Part shown: in pieces, positions 1-9,577 of the stretch
How the letters are laid out: the number at the start of each line of letters is the position of its first letter
Position numbering within the stretch: position 1 is the stretch's first letter
Assembly (NCBI GenBank): GCA_001275005.1
Contig: JWZX01003164.1
Span: forward strand, 1 to 33,660
Reading direction: 5' to 3'
Source: Chrysochromulina tobinii
Taxonomy: Eukaryota
Length of the DNA: 33,660 bases
Notes under the pieces: generated by a model
What the model was told of the DNA's origin: nothing
The model's input: only the letters and a program-made list of their open reading frames with translations
Database searches by the model: none
Translations under genes and position numbers: made by a program

Positions 1-456
1 GGGACGGGCGTGGGGAAGGCGACGCTCGGCGCCGTGATCGAGCGCGTCGCCGTGCTCGTCGACGGTGGGCACGGACGTCGCACCGCTCAGGTCGCCCTAC
101 AAGCGCGTTGCCGTGCCGAGCGTGGGCACGTGCGTGGTATTGCAGACAGGCGACGCCGACGGCGTCTGAAACAGAAAAATCGAAACGGAAACATCAAATA
201 GGTTCCAAAAAAGGGCTCTATCGAATGAAATGCATGCGACTTTGGTAGAGGGGCTACCGGCACCAGCGTGTCCCCAGACGCTCATCTTCGGCCGACCGAA
301 GGCCACACACCGGCCCAAGGCAACGCACGCGTGAGCGCGTGTACTCACACACCCACCCCTTTCCGACGTATAGTTACGGGAGAAACGGCAAGCGGGAGAT
401 GTGTCGGTGATCGCGTTCGGATCGCCCCCCACCCTCGCTCCTCTCCCCGCACCGCC

Positions 457-1209
457 ATGCAAGGAAGCCTGCTCCTCTGCCTCTGGGTACCCTTGGCATC
501 GGGCCTGGCGTCAGGCCTGTCGGCACCGATGCGCGGCAGCACTCGTTTTTTCCTCGATACGGCGGTGCGCGAAGAGCTCACACAGCTGCTGCCGCTGGGC
601 ATGTTCCACGGCGTCACGACCAATCCTACCATTCTTCAGCGCTCAGGGGTTCCCTGCACCGTCGAAGCGATACACGAGCTCGCCAAGGACGTGTACGAGC
701 TAGGCGCGCAGGAGTTCATGTGCCAGGCATGGGGGTCCACTGCCGACGAGATGTTTGTCAAGGGCATAGCGCTCGCCACACTGCCGGGCTTCCCTGCGCC
801 GGTCATCAAGGTGCCGGTGACGCCCGCGGGCGTGGAGGCGGCCGCGCAGCTACAAGCCAATGGCGTTCGCGTGTGCCTCACCGCATGCTACGCCTCGTCT
901 CAGGCCCTCGTGGCTGCTTCCCTTGGTTGCGAGTACCTGGCTCCTTACCTAGGAAGGATGACGGATGCTGGCAAGAACGGCTTCGGAGAGATTGCGAAGA
1001 TGCAGGAGATTGTCGACGGCTTGGGCGCCTCGACACGCATCTTCGTGGCGTCCATCCGCACCGTTGACTCCATGGCTGAGCTTGCCACACTTGGACTCAA
1101 CACATTCACCTTCTCGCCCGACATTGCCCGCGCGCTGTTCGTCGAGCCTCTGACCATAGAGGCCGCGCGCGCCTTTGAGGAGGCTGCAGCGAGCAATCAA
1201 GGCGAGTGA
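457..1209 (+). CDS. Transaldolase-family enzyme, fructose-6-phosphate aldolase (FSA)-type, with N-terminal signal-like leader
   Basis: ATG in good context (accgccATG at 457). Motifs FFLDTA, GVTTNP, Schiff-base VIKVP, YLAPYLGR and ASIR. Hydrophobic leader MQGSLLLCLWVPLASGLA precedes the domain. Confidence 0.9.
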   Translation: MQGSLLLCLWVPLASGLASGLSAPMRGSTRFFLDTAVREELTQLLPLGMFHGVTTNPTILQRSGVPCTVEAIHELAKDVYELGAQEFMCQAWGSTADEMFVKGIALATLPGFPAPVIKVPVTPAGVEAAAQLQANGVRVCLTACYASSQALVAASLGCEYLAPYLGRMTDAGKNGFGEIAKMQEIVDGLGASTRIFVASIRTVDSMAELATLGLNTFTFSPDIARALFVEPLTIEAARAFEEAAASNQGE

Positions 1210-1338
1210 TGTGGTTTCCGAGTACGGCCGCCCACGTGTGGAAGAGCTTGTGTGTAAAGCCTTGTTAACAGCCAATTCACACCTCCAAGTAGGCATTTAT
1301 CGCGCCAAGACGGACCGCGCCACCGAGTCACATTCGCC

Positions 1339-4195
1339 ATGGAGTTCGACGAGGGCTCCATCTTCTACTCCAATCAGGAGCGCGGCGACGGCGCGCGGGC
1401 GGACACAGAGTCACCGGCGTCGGCGCGGATCAAGTACTTTCAGTTCATCCGCACCTACCGTGAGGGCAACGTGTTCATCTACCGCGACAAGCTCCGGCAG
1501 GCGGTGAGCCTCGGCATCCCGGAGCTCGAGGTGGACCTCGACCACGTGATGGCATGGGACGATGTGCTCGCGGACGACCTGCAGGAGCGCCCGGCCTTCC
1601 ACTTGCCGCACTTTGAGCAGGCAGCGCTCGAGGCGGCCAAGTCGATGGACATCCTTGACCCGGAGGCGCTCGACATGCCCTCGTTCCAGATCACGCTGAT
1701 GTCGACGAAGAAGCGGATCACGATCCGCGAACTGGTCTCGTCGCAGGTGTCGCGCGTAGTCATCATCCCGGGTATCGTCATCTCGTCGTCCAAGGTCAAG
1801 GCCAAGGCCACGAAGATCTTCGCGCAGTGCAAGGGCTGCCAGACAACTACGCAGGTCCCAGTGCGCGCGGGCTTTGGCGGCGCCAACCTGCCGCGCAAGT
1901 GCGCCCAGGTGCGGCAGCCGGGCGAGGCGCCGTGCCCGCTCGACCCGTACGCGATCGTGCCCGAGAAATGCCAGTACGTCGACATGCAGACGTGGAAGCT
2001 GCAAGAGGCGCCCGAGATGGTGCCCACGGGAGAGATGCCGCGCTCAGTCATGCTGTCCGTCGACCGAAACCTTGTGGACAAGGCGATCCCGGGCAACCGC
2101 GTGACGGTGACGGGCATCATGTCGATCATGTCCAACGTGGGCAAGGGCGGGCCGGGGGGCGTCGCAATCCGAACACCCTACCTGCAGGTGCTCGGCGTGC
2201 GCCATGGCTTCGAGTCGCTCGACGTCACGGGCACGTCGCTCTCGGTCTTCACGGCGGCCGAGGAGGAGGCATTCCACGCCCTCGCGCGCGGCGAGGACAT
2301 CTTTACGCGGCTGAGCAACTCGATCGCGCCCTCGATTTACGGGTCGGAGGACGTCAAGAAAGCTCTCGCGTGCTTGCTCTTCGGCGGCGCGCGCAAGGAG
2401 CTCCGAACCTGAAGACGGCCTCTGAGTGCCACTGAGTTACCACTGAGTGCCACTGATTGCCTCCCTCATTGCATGCAGGTGCGCGCAAGGAGCTCTCCGA
2501 TGGCGCCCGCCTGCGAGGCGACATCAACGTGCTGCTGCTGGGCGACCCTTCGGTGGCCAAGTCGCAGTTCCTTAAGTTTGTCGAGAAGGCGGCGCCCATC
2601 TCGGTGTATACCTCGGGGAAAGGCTCCTCCGCCGCCGGCCTGACCGCCACCGTCACGCAAGACTCGGCCAGCCGCGAGTTCTATCTCGAGGGCGGCGCGA
2701 TGGTGCTCGCGGATGGTGGCGTGGTCTGCATCGATGAGTTCGACAAGATGCGCGAGCAAGACCGAGTTGCGATCCACGAGGCCATGGAGCAGCAGACGAT
2801 CTCGATCGCAAAGGCGGGCATCACCACCGTGCTCAACTCGCGCACCTCCGTCCTCGCGGCCGCTAACCCCACGTTCGGCCGGTACGATGCCGAGAAGAAC
2901 GCGGCGGAGCAGGTCGACTTCCAGTCAACGATCCTCTCGCGCTTCGACATGATCTTCATCCTGCGAGACGAGTATGACCTCGAAAAGGATCGGACGCAAC
3001 GGCTGCATGCAAGTGCTCACCACGGCGCCCTCTCCTCCCCACAGGTACGACCTCGAAAAGGATCGGACGCTCGCGGCGCACATCCTGAAGATCCACGTGC
3101 AAGGCACGTCGACGGTACGGGAGCCGGCGGAGGGGGAGCTCGACGTGCTCATCGCCACTGATGACCTCTGAGCGCCCTTGATGGCGTCCCTCATCAGGTA
3201 CGGGAGCCGGTGGAGGGGGAGCTCGACGTGCTGCAGCTCAAGCGCTACATTGCGTACGCGCGCGCCAAATGCTCGCCTCGCCTCAACGAGCAGGTGAGTG
3301 CCACTGAGTGCCACTGAGTACCACTGAGTGCCACTGAGTGCCACATATGGCCACTGATGGCCACTGATTGCATGCTTGCTGCTCGACCTCGCCAAATGCT
3401 CTCCTCGCCTCAACGCGCAGGCGCGCGAGGTGCTGCAAAACTACTACGTGGCGGTGCGCCAGGGGCTCGTCCAGGAAGATGCGGAGGCGGAGCGCCGCGG
3501 ACGCGCGCCACGCGCCGTGCCGATCACGGTGCGCCGGCTGAAGGCGATCGTGTCTGATGGCCTCTGATGACCTCTGATTGCCCTTGATGACGTCCCCTCA
3601 TCAGGTGCGCCAGCTCGAGGCGATCGTGCCTGATGGCCTCTGATGACCTCTGATTGCCCTTGATGACGTCCCCTCATCAGGTGCGCCAGCTCGAGGCGAT
3701 CGTGCCTGATGGCCTCTGATGACCTCTGATTGCCCTTGATGGCGTCCCCTCATCAGGTGCGCCAGCTCGAGGTGATCGTGCCTGATGGCCTCTGATGACC
3801 TCTGATTGCCCTTGATGGCGTCCCCTCATCAGGTGCGCCAGCTCGAGGCGATCGTGCGCATCGCCGAGTCAGTCGCCAAGATGCGCCTGTCGCCGGTGGC
3901 CACCGAGGACGATGTGCAGACGGCGATCCATATGTTCACCGTCTCGACGCTGCGCGCGGCCAAGATGGGCGACATCGAGATCGAGGGCGTGAGCGAAGGT
4001 GCAGAGCGGACAGCTGAAGAGCATATCCGGAAGCGTGTGCAGATCATGATGGCGGTCAACGTCTCCAAATTGCTCGGCGATCTCAACGATCAGGGCATCG
4101 ACCGCGCCGTGGCGCAGCGCGCGCTCAATGCGATGGTGCGACAGGGAGATTTCCAGGAGGTGGCGATGGGCAAGAAGGTCAAGCGCCTGCGGTGA
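1339..4195 (+). CDS. MCM5: DNA replication licensing factor MCM5; exons 1339-2386, 2479-2971, 3045-3114, 3198-3293, 3421-3528, 3833-4195 (~725 aa)
   Basis: Zn finger CKGC..C..CPLDPY, Walker A GDPSVAKS, Walker [23 protein letters not shown], arginine finger [16 protein letters not shown]. The joined exons total 2178 nt and stay in frame. Confidence 0.95.
2387..2478 (+). other. MCM5 intron 1 (GC-AG, 92 nt), repeat cassette plus 15-nt exon duplication
   Basis: Removal restores [11 protein letters not shown]. gcgcgcaaggagctc occurs at 2389-2403 and 2481-2495. Body has ccactgag repeats and ends gcatgcag. Confidence 0.75.
2972..3044 (+). other. MCM5 intron 2 (GT-AG, 73 nt), GCATGCAAG..CTCACCACGGCGCC..CCCCACAG family
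   Basis: 26-nt duplication 2972-2997 vs 3045-3070 (1 mismatch). Removal restores [16 protein letters not shown]. Confidence 0.85.
3115..3197 (+). other. MCM5 intron 3 (GT-AG, 83 nt)
   Basis: 35-nt duplication 3115-3149 vs 3198-3232 (1 mismatch), followed by a ctgatgacctctga..ccctcatcag cassette. Confidence 0.85.
3294..3420 (+). other. MCM5 intron 4 (GT-AG, 127 nt), exon duplication at its 3' end
   Basis: Donor cag|GTGAGT and tandem gccactgagt repeats. The last 31 nt (3390-3420) copy the upstream exon end 3263-3293 with 2 mismatches. Confidence 0.88.
3529..3832 (+). repeat. MCM5 intron 5: four tandem 76-nt units, each GT...AG
   Basis: Units 3529-3604, 3605-3680, 3681-3756, 3757-3832. Each is a ~24-nt exon copy (gtgcgccagctcgaggcgatcgtg) plus a ctgatggcctctgatgacc..cctcatcag cassette. 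Removal restores [12 protein letters not shown]. Confidence 0.9.
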
Positions 4196-4795
4196 GTGCG
4201 GGCGCCGTGGCGGGCGCCGGAGCGGCGGCGCGGCCGAGGCGGAACACGGAAGACACAGCCGGAATGGAGGAAGCGTATTTACGGAACGCGGTCTGGCGGG
4301 GCGCCCCCTGCGGTGTGGCCCACGCGGCGAGCGTCGCAGCGCCGGCGGGTTGACCATCTGGTTGACCACGAGGCTTGCCGTGTCCGGACTCCGGCGAGAC
4401 GTAACGCGAGCCCAGTACTGGGTCTCAGTCGGTGCCTCGCCGTCGTGGGGAGGTCGTGGACGATCGTGCGCGCCCGGCGTTGCGGCATCCGTCCACGGCA
4501 CGCCACCCGCCTCATGCCGCGGATACCACAACGATTACTCATGAGTGCATGGATATGTAATTAAACAGGAAAAAACCAAGGGGGCACACAATTTATCAGA
4601 TCATCATTGCGTCGAGAGTCGGAGAGTTCACAGCCGCCGCCGCCGCCGCCACCCTTCCGCATAATGCATTCGCACGGTCGCTTTCCGCTCTTCCGTTCCA
4701 CCACGGCCACCAACTCCTCCTCGTCCTCGTCGTCTACCAAGAGCGCTTCCGCCACCACCGCGCCGCCGCTGGCGCCTGCCCGCGCCGCCGGGCGC

Positions 4796-6313
4796 TCACG
4801 CCTCCTTGTCCTTCTTCTTCTTCTTCTTCTCCTTCTTGTCGTCGTCGCCGCCCTCGTCATCGTCGTCGCGCTTCTTCTTCTTCTCCTTCTTCTCCTTCTT
4901 CTCGCTGTCCGCGCCCTCCTCCTCCTTGGCCGCCTTCTTGGCCGCCTTCTTGGCCGCCTTGGCCGCTGCCTCCGCCGCCTCTGCTCCCATGCTCGAGTCC
5001 GCAGCCGTGCTGTACCCTCGTCCGCTGTCAGCCGCCGCGTACATCGTGACCATCGGCTGCTTGGGTCCGCCGTTGGGCACCGCCGCCGACGGGGCCGCCG
5101 GCATCCTGCCCTCGAGCATGCGCATCCGCTCCTCGACCTTGAGCCGGCCGTCGATGCCGATCGTGGCCGTGCTCGTCTCGCCGAGCGCGTCCACGCGGAT
5201 GGAGAGGGCACACTTGGCAGCGAGCACGCGCGAGATCTTGCCCTTGTGCTTGGGCTGCGCCTGGCCGACTAAGGAAGCATGGTAGATCAAGCCGTACTTG
5301 GGCGTGTCGTGCTTGGCCTTGAGGGCGCGGAAGAGCGCCTTCTCCGCGCCCAAGATCTGGACCGTCGAGGCCGGCTGCTTCGCCAAGTTCATCAGCGAGC
5401 CCGCATGGGCGATCAAGCGCGCACCGACGAGCTCGCCCACCATCACGGACAGGTTGGGTGCGATGGCGTTCATCCTATTTTTGAGGTATTCCCACAGCTG
5501 CGCGCGGTACTCGGAGAGCGAGATGACCTGCTCCGTGAGCATCAAGATGTTCTTGATGTCCTCGCCGCTCACCTCTGTTCCCATTGAGATCTCGGCCGCC
5601 TCCTTCATCTCGACCTCAATCTCCTCCGCCAAGATGCTCGAAAAGTCCATCGTCTTGCACTTGGTGCGCACGCCCATGTGCCGGATGACCTTGGCGTACA
5701 TCAGGTTGTCGGGCACAATCTTGCCCAGCTCGGGGAAGTGCCAGCCGTACCACTCCTTCAGGCGCATCGCGTACGTGTTGAGCTCCTTGTCGAGGTCGTC
5801 CAGGAGCCCGATGGCCTGGATGATCATCGTGTCCACCTTGTCCGGCGAGAACTTGAGCTTGTAGCGCGAGAGCGAGTGGGCCAGGCCGATCTGCATCGAG
5901 CGCAGCTCCGGGCCGGTCGTGCCCTCGAGCAGGCCCTCGATCTGCGACCGCAGGCCGCGCATCAGCTGCATGACACCCTCGTCCCACACGCACGGAATAT
6001 CGAGCTTCTCCTTGATCGCGTTGCCCAGCTTTGCGTCCGCGACCGCAAGCGTCTCCTGCACCTCACTCGACACGCAGTTCTTCTTCAGGAACTTTTTCAT
6101 CCCCGAAGACAGCTTGCCCTCGACGAGCGCGGTCGCTGACTGCAGCGCCTCGGCGGTGTCAAGGAATTTGCTGAAGGCCTTCAGCGAAACCAATTTGTGC
6201 GCCGAGTCGATATCCGAAAAGGACTTGTTGAGCGAGTCCGGGTCCTTGAGCTTCTCGGGCTTCTTCAGCGAGAAGAGCGCGTGCCCGGCCGGCGTGTCGA
6301 AGAGGACGAGCAT
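4796..6313 (-). CDS. NOP58: Nucleolar protein 58, box C/D snoRNP core protein (505 aa)
   Basis: N-terminus [69 protein letters not shown], and a KKE-rich tail. Confidence 0.95.
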   Translation of the reverse strand: MLVLFDTPAGHALFSLKKPEKLKDPDSLNKSFSDIDSAHKLVSLKAFSKFLDTAEALQSATALVEGKLSSGMKKFLKKNCVSSEVQETLAVADAKLGNAIKEKLDIPCVWDEGVMQLMRGLRSQIEGLLEGTTGPELRSMQIGLAHSLSRYKLKFSPDKVDTMIIQAIGLLDDLDKELNTYAMRLKEWYGWHFPELGKIVPDNLMYAKVIRHMGVRTKCKTMDFSSILAEEIEVEMKEAAEISMGTEVSGEDIKNILMLTEQVISLSEYRAQLWEYLKNRMNAIAPNLSVMVGELVGARLIAHAGSLMNLAKQPASTVQILGAEKALFRALKAKHDTPKYGLIYHASLVGQAQPKHKGKISRVLAAKCALSIRVDALGETSTATIGIDGRLKVEERMRMLEGRMPAAPSAAVPNGGPKQPMVTMYAAADSGRGYSTAADSSMGAEAAEAAAKAAKKAAKKAAKEEEGADSEKKEKKEKKKKRDDDDEGGDDDKKEKKKKKKDKEA

Positions 6314-6320
6314 GAGCCCG

Positions 6321-6370
6321 CTGAAAGAGAGAGAGGCACGTCTCCGGGCCGCGCGCCGAGATGAGCGTAC
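6321..6370 (-). other. Possible 50-nt 5'UTR intron of NOP58
   Basis: Minus strand gtacgc...ctctctctctttcag ends 7 nt before the ATG. Confidence 0.4.
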
Positions 6371-6660
6371 CGGTAAACTTGAGGAAAGGCCTGTGAAACG
6401 TAGCAAGTTTTCTCGGTCCCTAGCCATCCAACGCGGATGTAACCCCTGTGCGTAGGGTCCATTCGGCGTACTAGAGTCGGCGTGCGCGTCGTCGTTTGTA
6501 CATCAAGAGCAGCGGCGAAGCCCACCCGGCCTCCGAAGTGGATGTGGCTCCTGTGCTTAGGGCTCTCGTACGGTACCCGGTATACGCGTCGCCTGTGTTG
6601 GTGGTTTATATGCATGGGAACTTCTCCGTATTTTCCGATTCCATCGAAGATTTTTGCACA

Positions 6661-9318
6661 ATGGCGGCCCTGTCGACGATCCTCGCCGCCGCCAGCTTGG
6701 GCTACCTGGCATCGTTCACGCCGTCGCACGGCGTCCAGCGCACGCCGTCCTACAGCGTCCAGCGCATGCCGATCGTGTCAATGCAGACGGGCGGCGGCGG
6801 CCTCAACGGCGCGGCCATCGCCGTAGCGGCCCAGGCTGCGACCGCCGTGATGGAGGAGGTGTCCAAGTCGGTTGCCGACAAGGGAATCGACGCGCCCGAG
6901 GCCAAGAGCTCCTTCGTCTCCATGGACACGGAGCGCGCGGGCCTTGTCGACGATGAGGGCCTACCGCTCATCTACGACAAGGACGCCATCCAAAAGTACT
7001 GGGCAGCCCAAAGCGGCGCGCTGCAGTCGCGGTGGCTCGAGTTCCTCGGCGTGACGGTGCCGTTCCTGACGCGTGTGGCGGGGCTGCTGATCTCTGGCGG
7101 CACGGACAAGCTGCAGAGCAACGCGCGCGACCTCGCGCGCGACGCGCGTGTCGGCATCGAGAAGCTCGGGCCGACGTACATCAAGATGGGACAGATGCTG
7201 TCGGTGCGACCGGATGTGCTGCCACAGGAGGCGCTCGACGAGCTGCAGATCCTGCAGGACGGCGTCGAGGGCTTCGAGCGCTCGGTGGCCGTCGCGATGG
7301 TCGAGAAGGAGCTCGGCCGACCCTTGATGGACGTCTTTGAGGAGTTTGGCGAGAATGCGGCCGCGGCGGCCTCGCTCGCTCAAGTGTACCGTGCCAAGCT
7401 ACGCTCGACGGGCGAGTGGGTGGCCGTCAAGGTGCAGCGGCCGGGCGTGCAGGCGCTCGTGTCCAAGGACCTGTACGTGCTCCGCCGCGCCGCCGAGATC
7501 TACCAGGGCCTGATCACGCGCTTCGCCCCACAGCAACGCACGAACTACGTCGCGCTACTAAACGAGTGGGCTGTGGGGTTTTACACGGAGCTCGATTTCG
7601 TCAACGAGGCGTCGAACATGAAGCGGATGGCCGAGGTGCTGCGCGAGGCGCAGGTGGTCGACGTGATCGTGCCGCGCGTGTACGACGAGTACACGACGCG
7701 CCGCGTCCTCGTGTCCCAATGGATCGATGGTAAGAAGCTCTCGGACTGCGAGCCGTCGGAGATCAAGGAGCTCATCGAGATTGGGCAGGAGTGCTTCCTG
7801 GTGCAGCTGCTGCAGGCCGGCTTCTTCCACAGCGACCCGCATCCTGGAAACCTGCTCCGGCCCCACGACCAGAGCGTGGGCCGGCTCGCTCTCATCGACT
7901 TCGGGCTCGTCGCGCGCATCCGACAGGAGGAGATGGACTCGATGGTCTCAGCTATCGTGCACCTCGCCAACAAGGACTACGCGGCGCTTGTGGATGACTT
8001 CATCAATCTCGAGATCTTGCCGAGCGACTGCAACCGTGGCAAGGTGATCCCGCTGATGGACAAGGCCCTCTCGCCCTACGTCAAGGGGGGTGGCGCCAAG
8101 CGCTACGAGGCCGAGCTCAAACAGATGTACGGCATGGACGGGACGATGGACGCAACTGTCGGGGGCTTCCAGGCCATGACGCAGGACCTGCTGACGGTGC
8201 TCAACGACATCCCCTTCTCAATCCCGCCCTACTTTGCGCTGCTCGCGCGCGCGGTCGTCACCCTCGAGGGCCTCGCCCTCTCCGTCGACCCCGATTACGG
8301 CCTCATCATCTCGGCATACCCCTTCGTCGCGCGCAAGCTGCTCTCGTCAGATCGACCTGAGCTCCAAAAGGCGCTCATGGAGGTGCTCTATGCCGGCAGC
8401 AGCTCGCTCGGCAGCGGGACGAGCCGCGGCGTCGTCACGCCGACTCGCCTCGCGTCCCTCCTCAACTCTGCCGCCGGCATCGTGGCGAAGAAGCAAGGCC
8501 AGGCCTTCGTCGACCTCGATGCGGTGCCGGAGACGGGCATCTCGCCCTCGGAGGCTCTCGCCTATGTCCTCTCCGAGGGAGCGGCGTCGCTGCGCACGCT
8601 GCTCGCGACGGAGGCCGAGACGGCGGCGGACCTGCTGCTGCGCCAGGCGCTGCGCAAATCCGTGCCCCTCATCGCCGCTGCCATCCCACAGCCACCTACG
8701 CTGCCATTCCTACCGGCGCCGCCTGAGCCTCTCTCGCTTCCGTTGCCGCTACTGCTGCCGACCCCCGATACGGGACTGGGCGGAGGCTTCAGACCGCTGC
8801 TGACGAGCGGCCAGCAGGTGCTCGACGCCCTCGCGCCGCCACTCAGCCGTGAGGAGGAGCTGTACGCGATCTCGCTCGTGGACCTCGCGCGCTCCTCCCT
8901 GGGCGAAGAGGCGGCCGCACTGCTGAACGGAGAGCTCGCTCAGTCGCCGCTCGCGGCGGTCCGCACCGCACTGCCACTGCTCGAGCTGCTCGTCGACGCT
9001 GCCGAGGCCGACGCCCGAGACGGCGTGTCCAACACGCCGCTGCTGCAGCTGGCCAAGCAGGCGATTAGCTTGCTGCGGGCTCTGCCTGCCAACCTACCCA
9101 CCCCTTTTGCCGGTACGCAACTCCCATTTGGGCGTGGCAGTGGCGCACCCACGCCCGCGGCCCCGGCGGCCACACGCACGCCCGATGCGACGGCGGAGCT
9201 CAGCGCGTCAGTGGCGGCGCTCGCACCGGCCCAGAAGGCGGCCATGCAGCACTTCCTTTCGCAGGTGGGCGGCGGGCTGCGCGGGAAGCTCGACGCACGG
9301 CTCGTCGCGTTGCGGTAA
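6661..9318 (+). CDS. ABC1/UbiB (ABC1K) atypical kinase, probably plastid-targeted
   Basis: LGPTYIKMGQ, AAASLAQVY, VAVKVQRP, FHSDPHPGN, DFG. Leader MAALSTILAAASLGYLASF resembles a signal peptide plus transit start. Confidence 0.92.
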   Translation: MAALSTILAAASLGYLASFTPSHGVQRTPSYSVQRMPIVSMQTGGGGLNGAAIAVAAQAATAVMEEVSKSVADKGIDAPEAKSSFVSMDTERAGLVDDEGLPLIYDKDAIQKYWAAQSGALQSRWLEFLGVTVPFLTRVAGLLISGGTDKLQSNARDLARDARVGIEKLGPTYIKMGQMLSVRPDVLPQEALDELQILQDGVEGFERSVAVAMVEKELGRPLMDVFEEFGENAAAAASLAQVYRAKLRSTGEWVAVKVQRPGVQALVSKDLYVLRRAAEIYQGLITRFAPQQRTNYVALLNEWAVGFYTELDFVNEASNMKRMAEVLREAQVVDVIVPRVYDEYTTRRVLVSQWIDGKKLSDCEPSEIKELIEIGQECFLVQLLQAGFFHSDPHPGNLLRPHDQSVGRLALIDFGLVARIRQEEMDSMVSAIVHLANKDYAALVDDFINLEILPSDCNRGKVIPLMDKALSPYVKGGGAKRYEAELKQMYGMDGTMDATVGGFQAMTQDLLTVLNDIPFSIPPYFALLARAVVTLEGLALSVDPDYGLIISAYPFVARKLLSSDRPELQKALMEVLYAGSSSLGSGTSRGVVTPTRLASLLNSAAGIVAKKQGQAFVDLDAVPETGISPSEALAYVLSEGAASLRTLLATEAETAADLLLRQALRKSVPLIAAAIPQPPTLPFLPAPPEPLSLPLPLLLPTPDTGLGGGFRPLLTSGQQVLDALAPPLSREEELYAISLVDLARSSLGEEAAALLNGELAQSPLAAVRTALPLLELLVDAAEADARDGVSNTPLLQLAKQAISLLRALPANLPTPFAGTQLPFGRGSGAPTPAAPAATRTPDATAELSASVAALAPAQKAAMQHFLSQVGGGLRGKLDARLVALR

Positions 9319-9577
9319 TAGACGATTGCGCGTTACAGACGACGTCGGCATGTCACTTCATGGAAGCGCGGGCGCAGCGGTACTAATGGTAACTTGTCGT
9401 TCCCGGCGCCCGGCTCAGTCCAGCTTTTTACACGTACCTACGTTTAATAACAAATAAGTTTTTCAGTTTCACGCGCGCATCAACCGAACGCATTGTACCG
9501 TACGTTGATCTCTGCATCATCGGATTGTAGTGTACTGAGTACTCCGCTCAGAGCGACGAGAGTATCTAACTATATGA

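Noticed and set aside
1..456. Short ORFs and the extended 268 start of the aldolase
   Set aside because: Non-ATG starts, no motifs, and promoter-like sequence.
3550..3830. Hammerhead ribozyme (CTGATGA core) in the intron repeats
   Set aside because: No GAAA core partner or flanking stems are visible.
3529..3832. CRISPR-like array
   Set aside because: Units are wholly repeated with no unique spacers, no cas genes are present, and the array lies in a eukaryotic intron.
4530..4612. Box C/D snoRNA near the NOP58 3' end (minus-strand ATGATGA/CTGA)
   Set aside because: The boxes are adjacent with no guide region or terminal stem. It looks like an ordinary AT-rich 3' end between convergent genes.
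6314..6660. N-terminal extensions of NOP58 (6427) and ABC1K (6496) in the ORF track
   Set aside because: The conserved NOP58 N-terminus and the ABC1K signal peptide begin at later ATGs. This is the divergent promoter region.
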